Of a stretch of 64,000 nt of DNA, positions 12,706 through 25,576 are shown piece after piece; positions within the stretch are counted from its first letter, which is position 1; each line of letters begins with the position of its first letter. The translations under genes were made by a program, and so were the position numbers. Source of the stretch: Octopus bimaculoides. Taxonomy: Eukaryota. Below the pieces are notes generated by a model. That model was not told where the DNA came from. It did no database searches and worked only from the letters and a program-made list of their open reading frames with translations. The stretch spans positions 21,058,325-21,122,324 of the forward strand of contig NC_068985.1 in assembly GCF_001194135.2 (NCBI RefSeq), read 5' to 3'.

Positions 12706-13560
12706 TTCCTTCAATGTCGATATTCTCCAAAAGTTGTTTTAATTAGTCAGGATATTCTTGTAGATTAGACAAGGAAGCCTCACCATTATGGCAGCAATTA
12801 AATGCTTCCTGTGGAAATCTACGTTCATGACAGTGCAAGCATATTACATTCATCTCATGAATCGTAAATTGAGAATTTTGTTGTTTTTTTATTATATTCC
12901 AGCTTCTTATTTGAGCTCTGTCTGAAATAAGATAACTCTGTTTCATCTTCCATATTTTTCTTTCTTTCTTGAACTCCGTTTCTCATATCTTGAAGGTATT
13001 TCTGCCTTTCATCTTCATCCATATGTTCCCTTCTTTCTTGAACTCTGTTTCTCATATTTTCTAAGTACAGTTGCCTTTGCTCTTGACTAATGTGTTCTCG
13101 ATTCTGTTGATCTCCATCTCTCTTATTTCGAAAATACACTTCTCTNNNNNNNNNNGCTGGGAGAAATGCTTAGCAGTATTTCATCTGTCTTTACATTCAG
13201 AGTTTCTCACCTATGCTGTAAGATACACTCCCTCTCCTCTTGGCTTATTTTGTTTCTTCTCTGTCTCATCCTCACACGACTTTGATTCCTTATTTCCTCC
13301 CACTGTTCCTCACACAACCACTCTTTCCTTCTATGCTGACACACTCATGCTGTGTCCCTCATGCAATTATCCATATTTTAAAACTTGTTATTAAAATCGT
13401 TATTAAAACAATAAATCTCTAATATGATTCAGAGTGTTCCATATATGAATGTGTTAATTTTTGTTTGAAAGGTGAAAATATTTCTGAAATACTCACCTAA
13501 TATGCAAGGAAACAGTATAAAGGATAGGGTAATTAATTATATTGTAGGGAAGTAAACAGT

Positions 13561-14088
13561 AAAGGGAAAAAATAGAATTAATATTTTTGATTTTGTTCGG
13601 CTCTATGAATTAAAGGTTTTAAATGCCTTCGTCAATTGCTTGATACAAGAAAAATGAAATTGGAAAAATCCTGATCAAAACAGAAATTCTAACTTAACAA
13701 AAAATATAGGAAGAGAAAGTTGCGTTTATTTCCACCATGCAACACTTATTATCGCACACATATACACACACACACATTCATGTGTGTGTGTGTGTGTGCC
13801 TTATTTTTTGTTTATTTATACACATCAACAAATGAGTCGATTGAACAACTTTGTGTGGTTGTTTAATTTGCCAGAAATAACAGCTAATTCTCTATTATAC
13901 TATGCTCTTGTTAGTATTAAGGAAAGGGAAAGAATAGAATTAATATTTTTGATTTTGTTTGGCTCTATGAATCTAATTTTTTTTAAATGCTTTCGTCCAT
14001 TACTTGATACCAGAAAAAAGTAATTGGAAAAATCCTGACCAAAACAGAGAAATTGTAACTTAACAAAAAATATATAGAAAGAGAAAGA
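13561..14088. repeat. Diverged direct repeat of about 160 bp (13561-13718 and 13926-14088)
   Basis: Shared blocks aaagggaaa..atagaattaatatttttgattttgtt.ggctctatgaat...ggaaaaatcctga.caaaacaga. Confidence 0.8.
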
Positions 14089-14231
14089 AAAGGTTGTATT
14101 CGAAAGCCAAAAGATGTTTTTTTAGCTGAAGTGTAATTTTATAATTAAAACAAATTCAAATTTCGGAACATTAGACTTAACATGTTATCTGGTGTATGAC
14201 TGAATTCAAATGGGTAGAAGACCTAAAATAA

Positions 14232-14301
<70 letters not shown>

Positions 14302-14667
14302 GTGTGCACGCATGTGTGTATGTGTGGTTGGGCCTTTAATGGCCAGGGTCAATTTCAGTTCAATCGTAGAAAGGAATTCAAATAATCAGCCACTCCAAAA
14401 AGACAGTTTCAAGCTGTCATCTCTCATTCTCTCTCTTTCTCTCTCACTTCCTCTCTCCCTTGCTTGACACAAGCATCAAATTTAGGTATCTTAATTTTCT
14501 CATTCAGATCGTTTGCTGCTTTGGTGGCTCAGTAGGCATGGGTATTGAGAAGTAGTGATACCACACATAGGTGGTGGTTTCAAATCTCTTCCAGAAATTA
14601 CAAGAGATCTAGTTAAAAATTTTTATTTAAGCAGCAAAATTTCTTTCAACAATTTCTTTCTCTTCAG

Positions 14668-14684
14668 CGTGACACACATGTCAG
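14668..14684 (+). CDS. Candidate 17-nt microexon of the STAC-like gene
   Basis: ttctttctcttcAG|CGTGACACACATGTCAG|GTATGT: strong acceptor and donor. Frame not established and no homology support. Confidence 0.4.
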
Positions 14685-15244
14685 GTATGTACAAAAATCA
14701 AATTGGCATATTAATATTATTGATGTTTTATTCTATGTCATCATCATCATCAAAGCTAAGCAATAGTGGACAAATTAATTCTAAGTTTTTTACCTTCAAG
14801 AGTGGAAAAAAACTGACGAAAAGTGAAACCTTCCTCAAATTTCACCCAAACATTTTAACCAAAAAAAAAAAAAAGATAAATTGGACAGTGTAACTTTTGA
14901 TACATAAAAAGACAGGATAGCCATGCAAGAATACCTGTGACATAGGATTATTCTGGAGCTAAACAACAACAAGCTGTTAAGCATAGCATATATCAGTAGT
15001 AGTAACAGTATGCCAGCAACATTACAGCAGCTGAAGCAGGTGACTTTGTACTCAAGAAGCCAAGTGACAATTTCAACCCTGAACTTAATTAGTAAAGCAT
15101 GTGAACACTTTCAATTTCCCATCAGTTGTCTGAGAGATCAGTTAGCATGAAACTCGGAGTAGTGACCAAGTGAAACTGTAGCATTTAGTAAATAATTTTA
15201 TTTTTAGGTATGAATTACTTATTCACTTCTGTTTCCAGTTACAC

Positions 15245-15283
<39 letters not shown>

Positions 15284-17937
15284 ACGCACGTGCGTGTGCA
15301 TGTGTGTGTGTGAAGAGGAGAGGTAATAGATATCATTTATGTGAAAGAGTATTATCTGTGCCAGTATGCTGGTAATGAATGAACGGCCATCAGAGAAGGA
15401 ATTTCATTGGTGAATAACTACATGATCTAGATTATATTTCACAGTAGTGGCAGAAGTGATAACTATGTTAAATGGATGTTTGAATTTAGAACACTGATTG
15501 GATGTGATGTCAGTACGAGAGTATATTTTAGTTGATAGTGACTCGACATCAAAACATATTGGAGCAACTGCTTGTGATTTGTGATTTCAAATCTACTACT
15601 GGTGTTTGGTTTCATTGCAAGATAGGAACTAATATTGCATACCTCACTTCATATATCACTGGAAACAAGTATCAAATCTTCAGAAAATGTTGGCTACATT
15701 CCATTTGTATCTATTTATGAGCCCTATTATTCATGTATGTGTGTGTCAACATGGTCAGAACAACGGCAGTTCAAAATCATTTTTACATAAATTCTTTTTC
15801 AGGCTGACATAAATGAAGTACATCTGTAAACTTATCCCTAAAGGTTTCAATAAATTTCCAGACACAGCTGTAGTGTGTATGACTTAGAATCTTGGCTCTT
15901 TAAGCTGTGGTTAACAAGGACTTCATACAAGACTGGACATAAAAGAGTACCACCCTTTACACTGAATTACCTAAATGATATCTTACATAAAACAACTTAA
16001 GCTTCATACAAAATGCTTTAATGTAATCATTTTCTTCATAAAAAATGCATAGATGACACTATCTAATAAACACATGATAGGAACTCAGCCTTTTAGCATC
16101 CACTTTTACCATGCTTGCATAGAAACAGAATTTACAGAAGCAGATTTTCTACAGCCAGGTTCCATTTCCAAGCAAGGTAATATATGCTCATAGCCAGACG
16201 TGTTTTTCATGAAAGACTGGAAATAAACAACATCCTTATATGATGGTGTCACTCATTTAGAATTATCATAAAGAATGGACTTCATTCAGTTTCCATCTAT
16301 TAAGTCCACTCAAGTAAAATGATGAAAAGTACGCCAGATCTATCAAAGGTTGTAATAACCCTGTTTGGAACTCCAGCTTATAAATCACTGTTTTACAAAT
16401 TCTATAAAAGAATACTTTATACATACTATATCCACAAACTACTGACTCGACAAATAAAAGTAATGAAAGTGAAAAGTAATCTAGACACTTGAGTAGCATG
16501 GTTCATGACTATAATCTTCTTCAACCACTTCCTTCTTTTGCAATTGCACACTGAGCCACACACAACTGCCAAACTCATCAGCAGTGCTCCAGAACACTAC
16601 ACCAACATCTTAGAATTACTGTCTCTATTTGATCTCAAACATAAGCCAAAACTCCACATACACACTAAAATAAGTGTATACAAATTATGCCTGAAAACCT
16701 GTAGATGCTGTCCCTCCTCCAAACAAAAAAACATGGTTTCTGTTGACATTGATGTAAATGTTGCACATCCAATGGATTGTTCTCAAGTCATTTCTTGGCA
16801 GCTGCTTCTCTCACAAATTATTTGGTTCAGAGAAAAACGTGAATATTGAAAGTGTTCTTTGATTCATTCATTCCATCTTTTTTTTTTTTTTCTTTTTTCT
16901 TTAGTTAATTCTCATCACACTCACAGAAGATTTCTGTTAGTGAACAATCACTGAAGGAAAATAAGATTGCTGTCTATCAAATTAAAATTATCTGTATGAA
17001 TTATTCTGATTCAATAAAATATCTGACTCCTAGGTGAAAATTATGTAATCTAAATTACTGTGATGTTAATTTGAACAACACAACATTTTCTTGCATAAGG
17101 ATTATTTCACACCTTTCTAATTCTTATTCATTGATTTCTTTAAGTCGCTTAAAGAATTTATTCTAGTCACATTAGATGTTTGGTAACACAAAATTTATCC
17201 TGGTTAACAATGCAATTCTCAGCTTAGGTTAATAGTTTATGTTGTAATAAAACAGGCTTAGAAGTAAGACACAAAGGAGAACTAAGATGGATGAAAGTTA
17301 AAAGATATTTCTGTTCGGTGAAACTTCCAAACATCACAAGATGGTGTCTCATATAATAGGAGACAGAAGAAAGAGAACTATTTTATAGAGGACAGCTGGG
17401 CATTTTTAATAAACAGTGTATTGCACGCTGCTAACAAATATTGTAGATGGAACAAAATTCCAGCTCAGTAGGATTCTAAGTGCAGGATAGGATTTTAGGT
17501 GCAGATGTGGTAAGAATTTTACTCTTAACCATATGGTTCTGGGTTCAGTCTCACTGTGTGGCACCTTGGACAAGTGTCTTCTACTCACAGCCTTGTGGGT
17601 GGATTTGATAGACATAAACTGAAAGCCCATCTTGTGTGTGTGTTTGTGTTTGTGTCTCTGTTTGTTCCCCACCACTGATTGACAACCAGTGTTGATTTGT
17701 TTGTCCTCACAACTTAGTTGTTCAACAAAAGAGACTGATAGAATAAGTACCAGACTTGAAAAAAAAAACAAGTGCTGGGGTTGATTCATTCAACTAAAAA
17801 TTCTTCAAAGTGATGCCCCAGCATGGCCGTAGTCTATTGACTGAAACAAATAAGAAAAAATGTCTGGGAGAAGTGTTAGGAATGGGTAGCAAGGAACGAT
17901 ATCAAAAAGCTACTGAGATAGCAAAATATTAGATATA

Positions 17938-18335
17938 TAGGCACATGTGTGGCTGTGTGGTAAAAAGCTTGCTTCCCAACCACATGGTTCTGGGTTCAGT
18001 CCCACTATGTGGCCCCTTGGGCAAGTGTCTTCTACTACTAGCCTTGGACTATCCAAGCAGATTTGGAAACTGGAAGAAGTGTGTGTGTGTGTATGTATGT
18101 ATTTGTGTGTGCACGTCTATGTTTACTCCCTCCTCACCCCTGCCATCGCTTGACAACCGATACTGGTGTGTTTATGTCCCCATAACTTAGCAGTTCAGCA
18201 AAAGAGACCAATAGAATAAGTACTAGACTTACTAGACTTACTAGACTTACAAAGAATAAGTCCTGGGGTCGATTTCTTCAACTAAAGCGGTGCTCCAGCA
18301 TGGCTGCAGTCAAATGACTGAAACAAGTAAAAAGT
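17938..18335 (+). mobile_element. Full-length SINE family A copy
   Basis: Complete head-microsatellite-tail structure, including a small actagactt x3 slippage near 18225. Confidence 0.85.
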
Positions 18336-18469
18336 AGAAAAAAGAGAATCTAATGATGAGAAAAACTAAGAGCAGAGGATTTGCTAACACTCTGCAGCAT
18401 GAGGATGAATGTCATTAAGTATTCTTGGAACAGAAGTATATTTACCAAAACAAGTGTTCTTCTTTTCAG

Positions 18470-18488
18470 TGGTAGTGAAAAGAAAGAG
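18470..18488 (+). CDS. Candidate 19-nt microexon of the STAC-like gene
   Basis: ttcttcttttcAG|TGGTAGTGAAAAGAAAGAG|GTATGG. Together with 14668-14684 it gives 36 nt in frame (RDTHVSGSEKKE). Confidence 0.35.
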
Positions 18489-20296
18489 GTATGGAATGGT
18501 TACTATGAGTTGTTGTATGAATAAGATTGTGAAAAACTACTCCAAGAGGTTTCATTTTTGTATTTGGTTTGCAAGATCCTTGATGTGATCTCATGTGTTG
18601 AAACATATTTTCTTGTATCTTGTGTGTTTATTTCTGGCATAATGACCCTCCTGAGATACAACAAAATGCTCCAATTGGAATTGACCAAATATTACTAGTT
18701 CATTGTGATAAAGACAAGGAAAACAACAATATATGCATCAGGATCAGTAGCTAAGATGTTGAAGGGGTCAGGCTGCATGCATCATATGCTATTAACTCAA
18801 ATAATTGAGTAATGCAGGAAGATATTATTCCCAATGACAATATCATCGTTAACCCTTTTAAGGTCAGGCTTATTGACACAACATGCTTTCTTCCACTGAG
18901 GACGGATGTGGCTTATTGACACACAGCTAAATTCTGAAGAAGATGGATGTGGTATATAAGCCAAGTTTGCATTATAAGCTATTTGAATTATTATCATATT
19001 GTGGGATTTTGTTTTCTTTTTTTGCATCCTACACGAAAATACTTGCTATTTATACCTACCCTTAAAGGATTAATTGCTTCAGAGCAAAGGTAGTGTACTG
19101 GAAAGGAACGATTAAAGAAACCTCAAACTGATGCACTAAGTCTTGAAGATAGCTGAAAGATTTTTAATCAAAGTTAATCCAGTTTAGCATTGATAAAATG
19201 CAATTTTGGTTTGTACCAAATCACAGAATCTCAGATACCATATCTCTAATGACAGAAAAACAACTGTTTACATTTAGCGTTCAGGAAATATGCTGTAGTC
19301 TGGTTTGTGAAGGAAACCAAGTATGAAATTTTGTGTATTCACAGGTATTCAACAAGGTTTTTGATGAACTTGTTCTCATAATAGAATCTGACAAAGAATT
19401 TACTAACAAAGTTCCAAGCCTGTTCTACAGTCCAATAATCTGAAGGTAAAGAGAGCAAAAGACAAGTTAATCAGTTTATGAAAGGTAAAATGGTATCTCT
19501 GGTACCCTAACTGAGAAGGAAAACTTCAAATATACCAGCTTTACAGAAATAATTATTGCTATGGATTCTCATAAAACAAAGTTCCTAGATTGTTCAGATA
19601 ACTCTCTGGAAAGAGTAAATAGTTTTGACTTTAGCCTTAAAGTCAAAAACCTGATAACACGGCAGGCTTCTTTTTTTTTTTGTTCACTCTATAATCCAAA
19701 TACACAAAAAAGGCATGAAATTATCTAAATGATTTTTAATAAGAAAAAGACATAAAAGAAATGACTGAGCTTAATGCATAAATTTGAAATATTGGTTGTC
19801 AGATGTCAACTGAATATTATCCTCAAAATTTAACGTCTGTTTTTCATGCTGGCATGGGTTGCATGGTTTGATATATCCCAGTGAGTCACAGGGCTGCATC
19901 ATGTTCCATTTGAATAAAGTATCAAAGAAGAGTGAGAGAATAGGAATAAAATAGTTATATTGTTAATTGCATGAGCATGAGAGCTTTGTTGCATTATGAC
20001 TATCAAATACGTCATACTTATCTTTTATCTTTTACTTGTTTCAGTCATTAGACTGCAGCCATGCTGGGACATCACCTTAAAGAAAGCTTTTAATCAAATG
20101 AATCAATCCCAGCACAGATTTATTTTTTAAGCTTAGTACTTATTCTATCAGTCTCTTTTGCCAAACCACTAAATTACAGCAATGTAAACACACCAACACC
20201 AAGTTGTCAAGTAGTGGTGGAGAANNNNNNNNNNNNNNNNNNNNNNNNNNNNNNNNNNNNNNNNNNNNNNNNNNNNNNNNNNNNNNNNNNNNNNNN

Positions 20297-20329
<33 letters not shown>

Positions 20330-21571
20330 GATGGAGTTCTTTCAGTTTCCATCAACTAAATTCACTCACAAAGCTTTGGTCAGCCTGTGGCTATACTTGA
20401 AGACACTTACCAAAGGTGCCACACAGTAGGACTGAACCTGGAACTATGTGATTGGGAAGGAAGCATTTTACCGCACAGCCACACCTGCACCTACTTATAC
20501 ATTTTCCATAAATAACTTGTGATGTTATTTTTGTCAAGAGAGAATTTGAAAGCCTAAAATTTACACTCACGCAACAGGTTAGCAAAGAAAATGCCAATTA
20601 TCAGGGATTTTTTTCTTTTTAGTTGCTTTTAGAAATGAAAATAGAATTAATGTTATAGTTTTTATTCAGTGAGTTTGAAGGAAAGAAGAGAAAATAATAA
20701 AGTTGGATTACCTGCCTCACTGACTTCTAAATATAATTATTATAGTTAATGATAATAGTTTGCATCAGCAAATATAGAAGTGGGCTTTTTCGGTAAAAGT
20801 TGTTATCTAAAATGTTTCTCCTTCAACAAGATTTTTGTATTTTGTACAATTGGAAAATAAGAATCTGCTGCTGAAAGAACATCTTTCATTGACTACTTAA
20901 GCTACTTACACAAAAACATGCCTTGATTTTGTTCTTTTAAACTATGATTATATTTATAATGAATCAATGATCTGGAAGATTATTCAAATATTTGTTACTT
21001 AAGCATTTTGTATTACTCTGAAAATACACAACAAATACTGTTTTAAATAAAACAAAAAACACTGTCTTTTTTTTGTTTTTCATTTCTATTAAGCAGATTA
21101 TTCAACTATATATGTATATGTAATAAAATCAGTCACATTTTCTATATTGTATCCAGATTGTTTTGGAAAACTACATCTAAAAATGTAAATTATGACAGTA
21201 ATAATTTTTTTACAAATCACAAAACATTTATTTGCTTTTTGGAAGGGAAGACATGGCACTTATTTGCTGAAATATATAATTTATTATCAACATCAATACT
21301 GGAAATCCTGTTACTTGAAATGTGGGACATTTAAAATCTACTGAAAATATATTTCTGTACAAATTGACATTTTAAAAACATTTTACTGTTTGTTGTCAAG
21401 TATTACTTTTGAACATGTATTATGATTTTTTTTTTAATCTAATTATTTTCATTAGTTTCCTTTCTTTTATGCATGTCCTTCAAACATCACTAATATATTC
21501 AGTCTTCTTCCATCGAGATTCACTATATATTTTCTCAACTTAAATATCTCTGTATGCCATGCACATTTCAG

Positions 21572-21721
21572 TTGTTCATAGCCCAAAGAGCCGAAGAAAG
21601 AAGTTGAACTCCCGGATGAAAAGCTTTTCATTGGATACACCAGACCCACCTAAGCAACTTCTAGCTATTGATGAAACCACCAAAAAGAAAAGTAGTTCAT
21701 TTTCAAACACTTATCTTGGAG
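21572..21721 (+). CDS. STAC: STAC-like adaptor, internal exon (phase 1 to 1), linker VHSPKSRRKKLNSRMKSFSLDTPDPPK...
   Basis: catttcAG acceptor and weak GTAGTA donor. The open frame SPKSRRKKLNSRMKSFSLD resembles the linker motif I recall from invertebrate STAC (Dstac-like SPRRQKLNLRMKSLSLDSP). Phase joins exon 34043. Confidence 0.8.
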
Positions 21722-21877
21722 GTAGTAATTCATTATTTTCATCCATAAAATGTTGTCTGTTCATGTTCCTCACCTATTCACTAGATTGCACACTGTTTCT
21801 CTCATGCTCAAACAGTCTGTATGAGTATGCATTAATGTATAGGTCTTATTGCAGATAATTTCAGCAATTCATAACAA

Positions 21878-21934
<57 letters not shown>
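21878..21934. repeat. (TAG)n microsatellite; one of many (TA)n, (GT)n, (CT)n and (GATA)n tracts
   Basis: Direct reading. Others include (GT)n at about 14233, 15250 and 37598, (CT)n at about 45604, and (TA)n at about 34790 and 51242. Confidence 0.95.
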
Positions 21935-24419
21935 CATTGATGGTTGTAGAAATATTGGTGGGAAGTCATTATTTCAACAGCTGTACCACATAAAAGGGAA
22001 CAACCAATAACAAATTAACATATTTCTTCAGTGAGATAATTTACAAATTCATTTCACATTAAACCAGTTTTACATATATATTTATCAGTAAATTAAAATT
22101 TATGACATATACCTAAGTATTTCAGCATGCTCTGGAGTAGGCAGTAAATATTAATAACATGAATTATCAACAAAAAGGTCTTATCATTATGAGACAATAT
22201 ATAAAAATATTTTCACAACACAAACTATTTACTTACACATATATTTTTTTATAATTACTACTATTTTATACACCTACATGAACAAAACATGCATCTGAAA
22301 ATTATTTCAATCATTTGAGACAATGTAACACAGACAAACATTCATCACTCTATAATAGCACTGAACAAAAAAGGCAAATCTTCCTTTTGTTTTGATCCTA
22401 TATTTAATGAATTCTGGAACTTTACTCAAAACCTTAAAGCTTTTCACATAGTTTAATATTATGGTTAGTTGGAAGGTATAGAGGAAATGTATCTGTCTAG
22501 CAACAAAATATTAACCATTCTATATAGTGGAATCCATACATCAAATAAAATTTTGACAACGGACTGAAAATCATTTATTTTTGTATATGATCCTTAATAT
22601 TCTAGTTTTAGTTCAAAGTAGGCACTACCTTCCTCGCTGACATGGGAAGCATGTTCCTAGTTATACATATATGTTTATATATACACTGATTAGGAAATTA
22701 TTTTTCTACATACAAGTAATTATGAATTTGTGTAAAAATATAACTTGCAAAAGATTGGTGTGTATCCTTACCTTTCCTTGGCATTTTATTAAACCTACTA
22801 TATCTTCTATGTTCTATTCAGATAGATGACATCACACATATAAATTTACTATACTGTGACATATTAATACTGACATTCCAACTGCTTGAGAGAGAAAATG
22901 CAACTGAAGTCATTCTTTGTTATACTGCGGCAATATATTTTATGATAGCCCAAACTCTACTAAACTATAGTAACTCCTGCAATACTTGTAACTAGCACAC
23001 TTCTTTACAAATTTTCTCAAAATCTATAAAGTTATCTTTATATAATCATCATTTAGATAGCTGGAACCTTGGAGGAAATATAAATTTGATAAACAGTTAT
23101 TTTTATTATAATGCAGTATTTCCATTATTGCTTGATCTTTCCAAATAAAACATTACAAGCTTTTTATGAGAAGTAGATCTAGGTTCAGATAACCAAAACT
23201 ATTATTCAAAATAGAAACAAAAATAGTTTACCTAACATAAAAGCTAACGGGGATAAAATTAATGTATTATATCATTAGATAATTATTCAAAACTTTACAT
23301 TGAAAACTTTCTAAGATAACTCGAAGAGTAGGACTGATGTCAAAGTGACTTGTTACTAAAGGAGAGATTTATTATTATCATTGTTTTCAAGTTTAACTGG
23401 GATTACAAGGTTACAATCATGTATTTTAAATCCATAAGTGAAATCCATCATTAACACAGGGTAATTATGCAATTTAATATAATATACAACAAAAGAAAGC
23501 TGTTGAGAAGACCCCACAATACCTTACTTTTATCAGTTGATATTTGAATCATAATTTCATACAAAATATTTGAGAAAGTTAATACAAGGTAACAAAATAG
23601 ATGTCTTGGCTTGATGCATACTCTTCAGATGGTGTTAGTAATTTTGTTTTTCAACTCATGATTCAGTTTCCATTTCTTTCAATTAAATATGCAAATTTTT
23701 ATCTTTACACTAATTCATGCAACCTACTAATGTTGTCTATCACTTTACACCTTCTTTCCTTTTTAAAACTTCTTATTCAAATCATTTCTTACAGTCATTT
23801 CTCTTTTATCACTACATGAATCCCAATATATTTGACTTCGGCTATTTTAATATCATTAATACTACTTTTTTTATCAATTTAATTTATTTTGTCTATTTCT
23901 TTTTTATGTCTGTCTGCTTCTTAATCATGTTTATTTATTTTTTTTCTAGCACTGCTTATATCACCAAAGTCCTTAATGTTTGCTTTCTCCTCCACAATGA
24001 TCTTCACTAGCAACACTGCTACCACTACCTCTGCTACTAACACTTCCTACTCTTCATTTTTATTACTATTATCACCAACAATCTTGCTTCCATTGTGCAA
24101 TCAAAATGTAATTTATTTTCTTATGTTGGTTTACGTTGAACAGTTGAAAGAGGTATTCTCAATTCATGATGCAGGAGATATGTTTTTCTTTTTATTGAAA
24201 CTAGAACTTACAGTTTCACATTACTGTGATCATCAAGTGAGTTCTCACCTGAAGATCACTATGGCATGAAACTTAAGTCATGAAACAGACTCCCAGTTTC
24301 AGAAGACTGAATTGGATGCTAGAATTGCAGGTGCTGGTACAGTAATGCACCAGCTCCAGTATTCAATCTTCAGAAGAGAAAAGATTGATAAAAAAAACAG
24401 CCAAACTTGCCATCTCCAA

Positions 24420-24730
24420 TTCAGTTTCCATGTCTATCCTTACCAATGGTCATGAATTTTAGATAATAACTGAAAACGTATGATTGTGAATACAAGTGAC
24501 CAAAATGGAGTAATGTTATTGAACAGGATGCATACTTCAGTGAGATTCTTCCAGTTGAGCTGCTACTTCTTCACACTGAGAGGTCACAGCTCTGATGCTA
24601 CAAATGTGTGATTAGAATGTTGCAGGAAAGTATCACATGACAGATTTTTCAAGCTGAGCCAACTAGCAGGAGACCTACAGGTAGACCACAAACAAGACTG
24701 TTGACTAATATCCATAGTCTCAGTCGGTCA
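24420..24730 (+). mobile_element. Decayed RTE-clade LINE 3' fragment
   Basis: Translates as LLLHTERSQL..VIRM.QE...PT.RRPTGRPQTR, the RTE C-terminal motif, with stops. Confidence 0.7.
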
Positions 24731-25576
24731 TTCCTGAGAAACCTACTGAAAAGTAATGACAGTTGTTTTTGATAGGACCCTATGGAGGAGGTGCCTGAGG
24801 ACTCTACTCTCATGACCCACCCAGAAATAGTGAACGGAGAAGATAGATGGCTGGATTTTGGGGACTATATATGTAAAACCATTTCTCATTAAGCTGACAG
24901 ATTGATAACTTTGAACATTTGGTACGTGTTGCAGTGCTAAGATGTCACATATATTCATGTATTCTTCTTGTTATTCTCCCGTCTATTCTTCTTGTTATCT
25001 TAAATAACTATGTTTCTAAGGAGGACAATCTAATTATAAATATGAGCCATTTAATCATAAATTATGTAAAATTACTATAAATAATGCACATGTAGATGTG
25101 GGTGTATGTTTCACTGATGTGTGTCAGCAAAGAATGTATGCATCAGAGAGTAGAACTGGCGCCCTGTAAACAATGTTCTCTATGACTCTTTGTTCTAAAC
25201 TGAATTACACACACACCTCTGTCACTTCATTTGCAATGGTGAGAACCAAGAGCCAGCCCTTTGAAATTTGTAATCAATTACTGTTTCTCACAAGTTGCAA
25301 TATAAAAAGAAATTAAATGTAATAAACTTCCTCTATAAACGAGGCTGCTAGTAAAGAATATAAAAATATTGACATAAAATTAGTTAATAGATTTTGTTCA
25401 ACCTGAAAGTGAATAAATGAAATGTTATATGCATGCATATGTAAGTGTGACATATCTGATATTAAATTCTGTCAATGAACTGTCCAGCCATAACCAACTT
25501 TGCTAACTGCTGGTAATGATTCATTTAAGTTTATTGATGCAAGAATTTATATAGATCTAAGTAATTCTTTTATATA

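Larger units (their letters stand above)
12203..13145 (-). mobile_element. Internally deleted Helitron (N-terminal region fused to 3' terminus)
   Basis: Charged repeats, MNVICLHCHERRFPQEAFNCCHNG zinc-binding motif and NIRNYNSMYSFTSFGA. Hairpin ctgtgaa-ttt-ttcacgg is followed by CTAG|T at 12206-12203 on the minus strand. Confidence 0.85.

Noticed and set aside
13156-13205. About 49-bp exact copy of 12334-12382 right after a 10-N gap
   Set aside because: Identity to a nearby SINE segment at a contig edge suggests mis-joining or haplotype collapse rather than biology.
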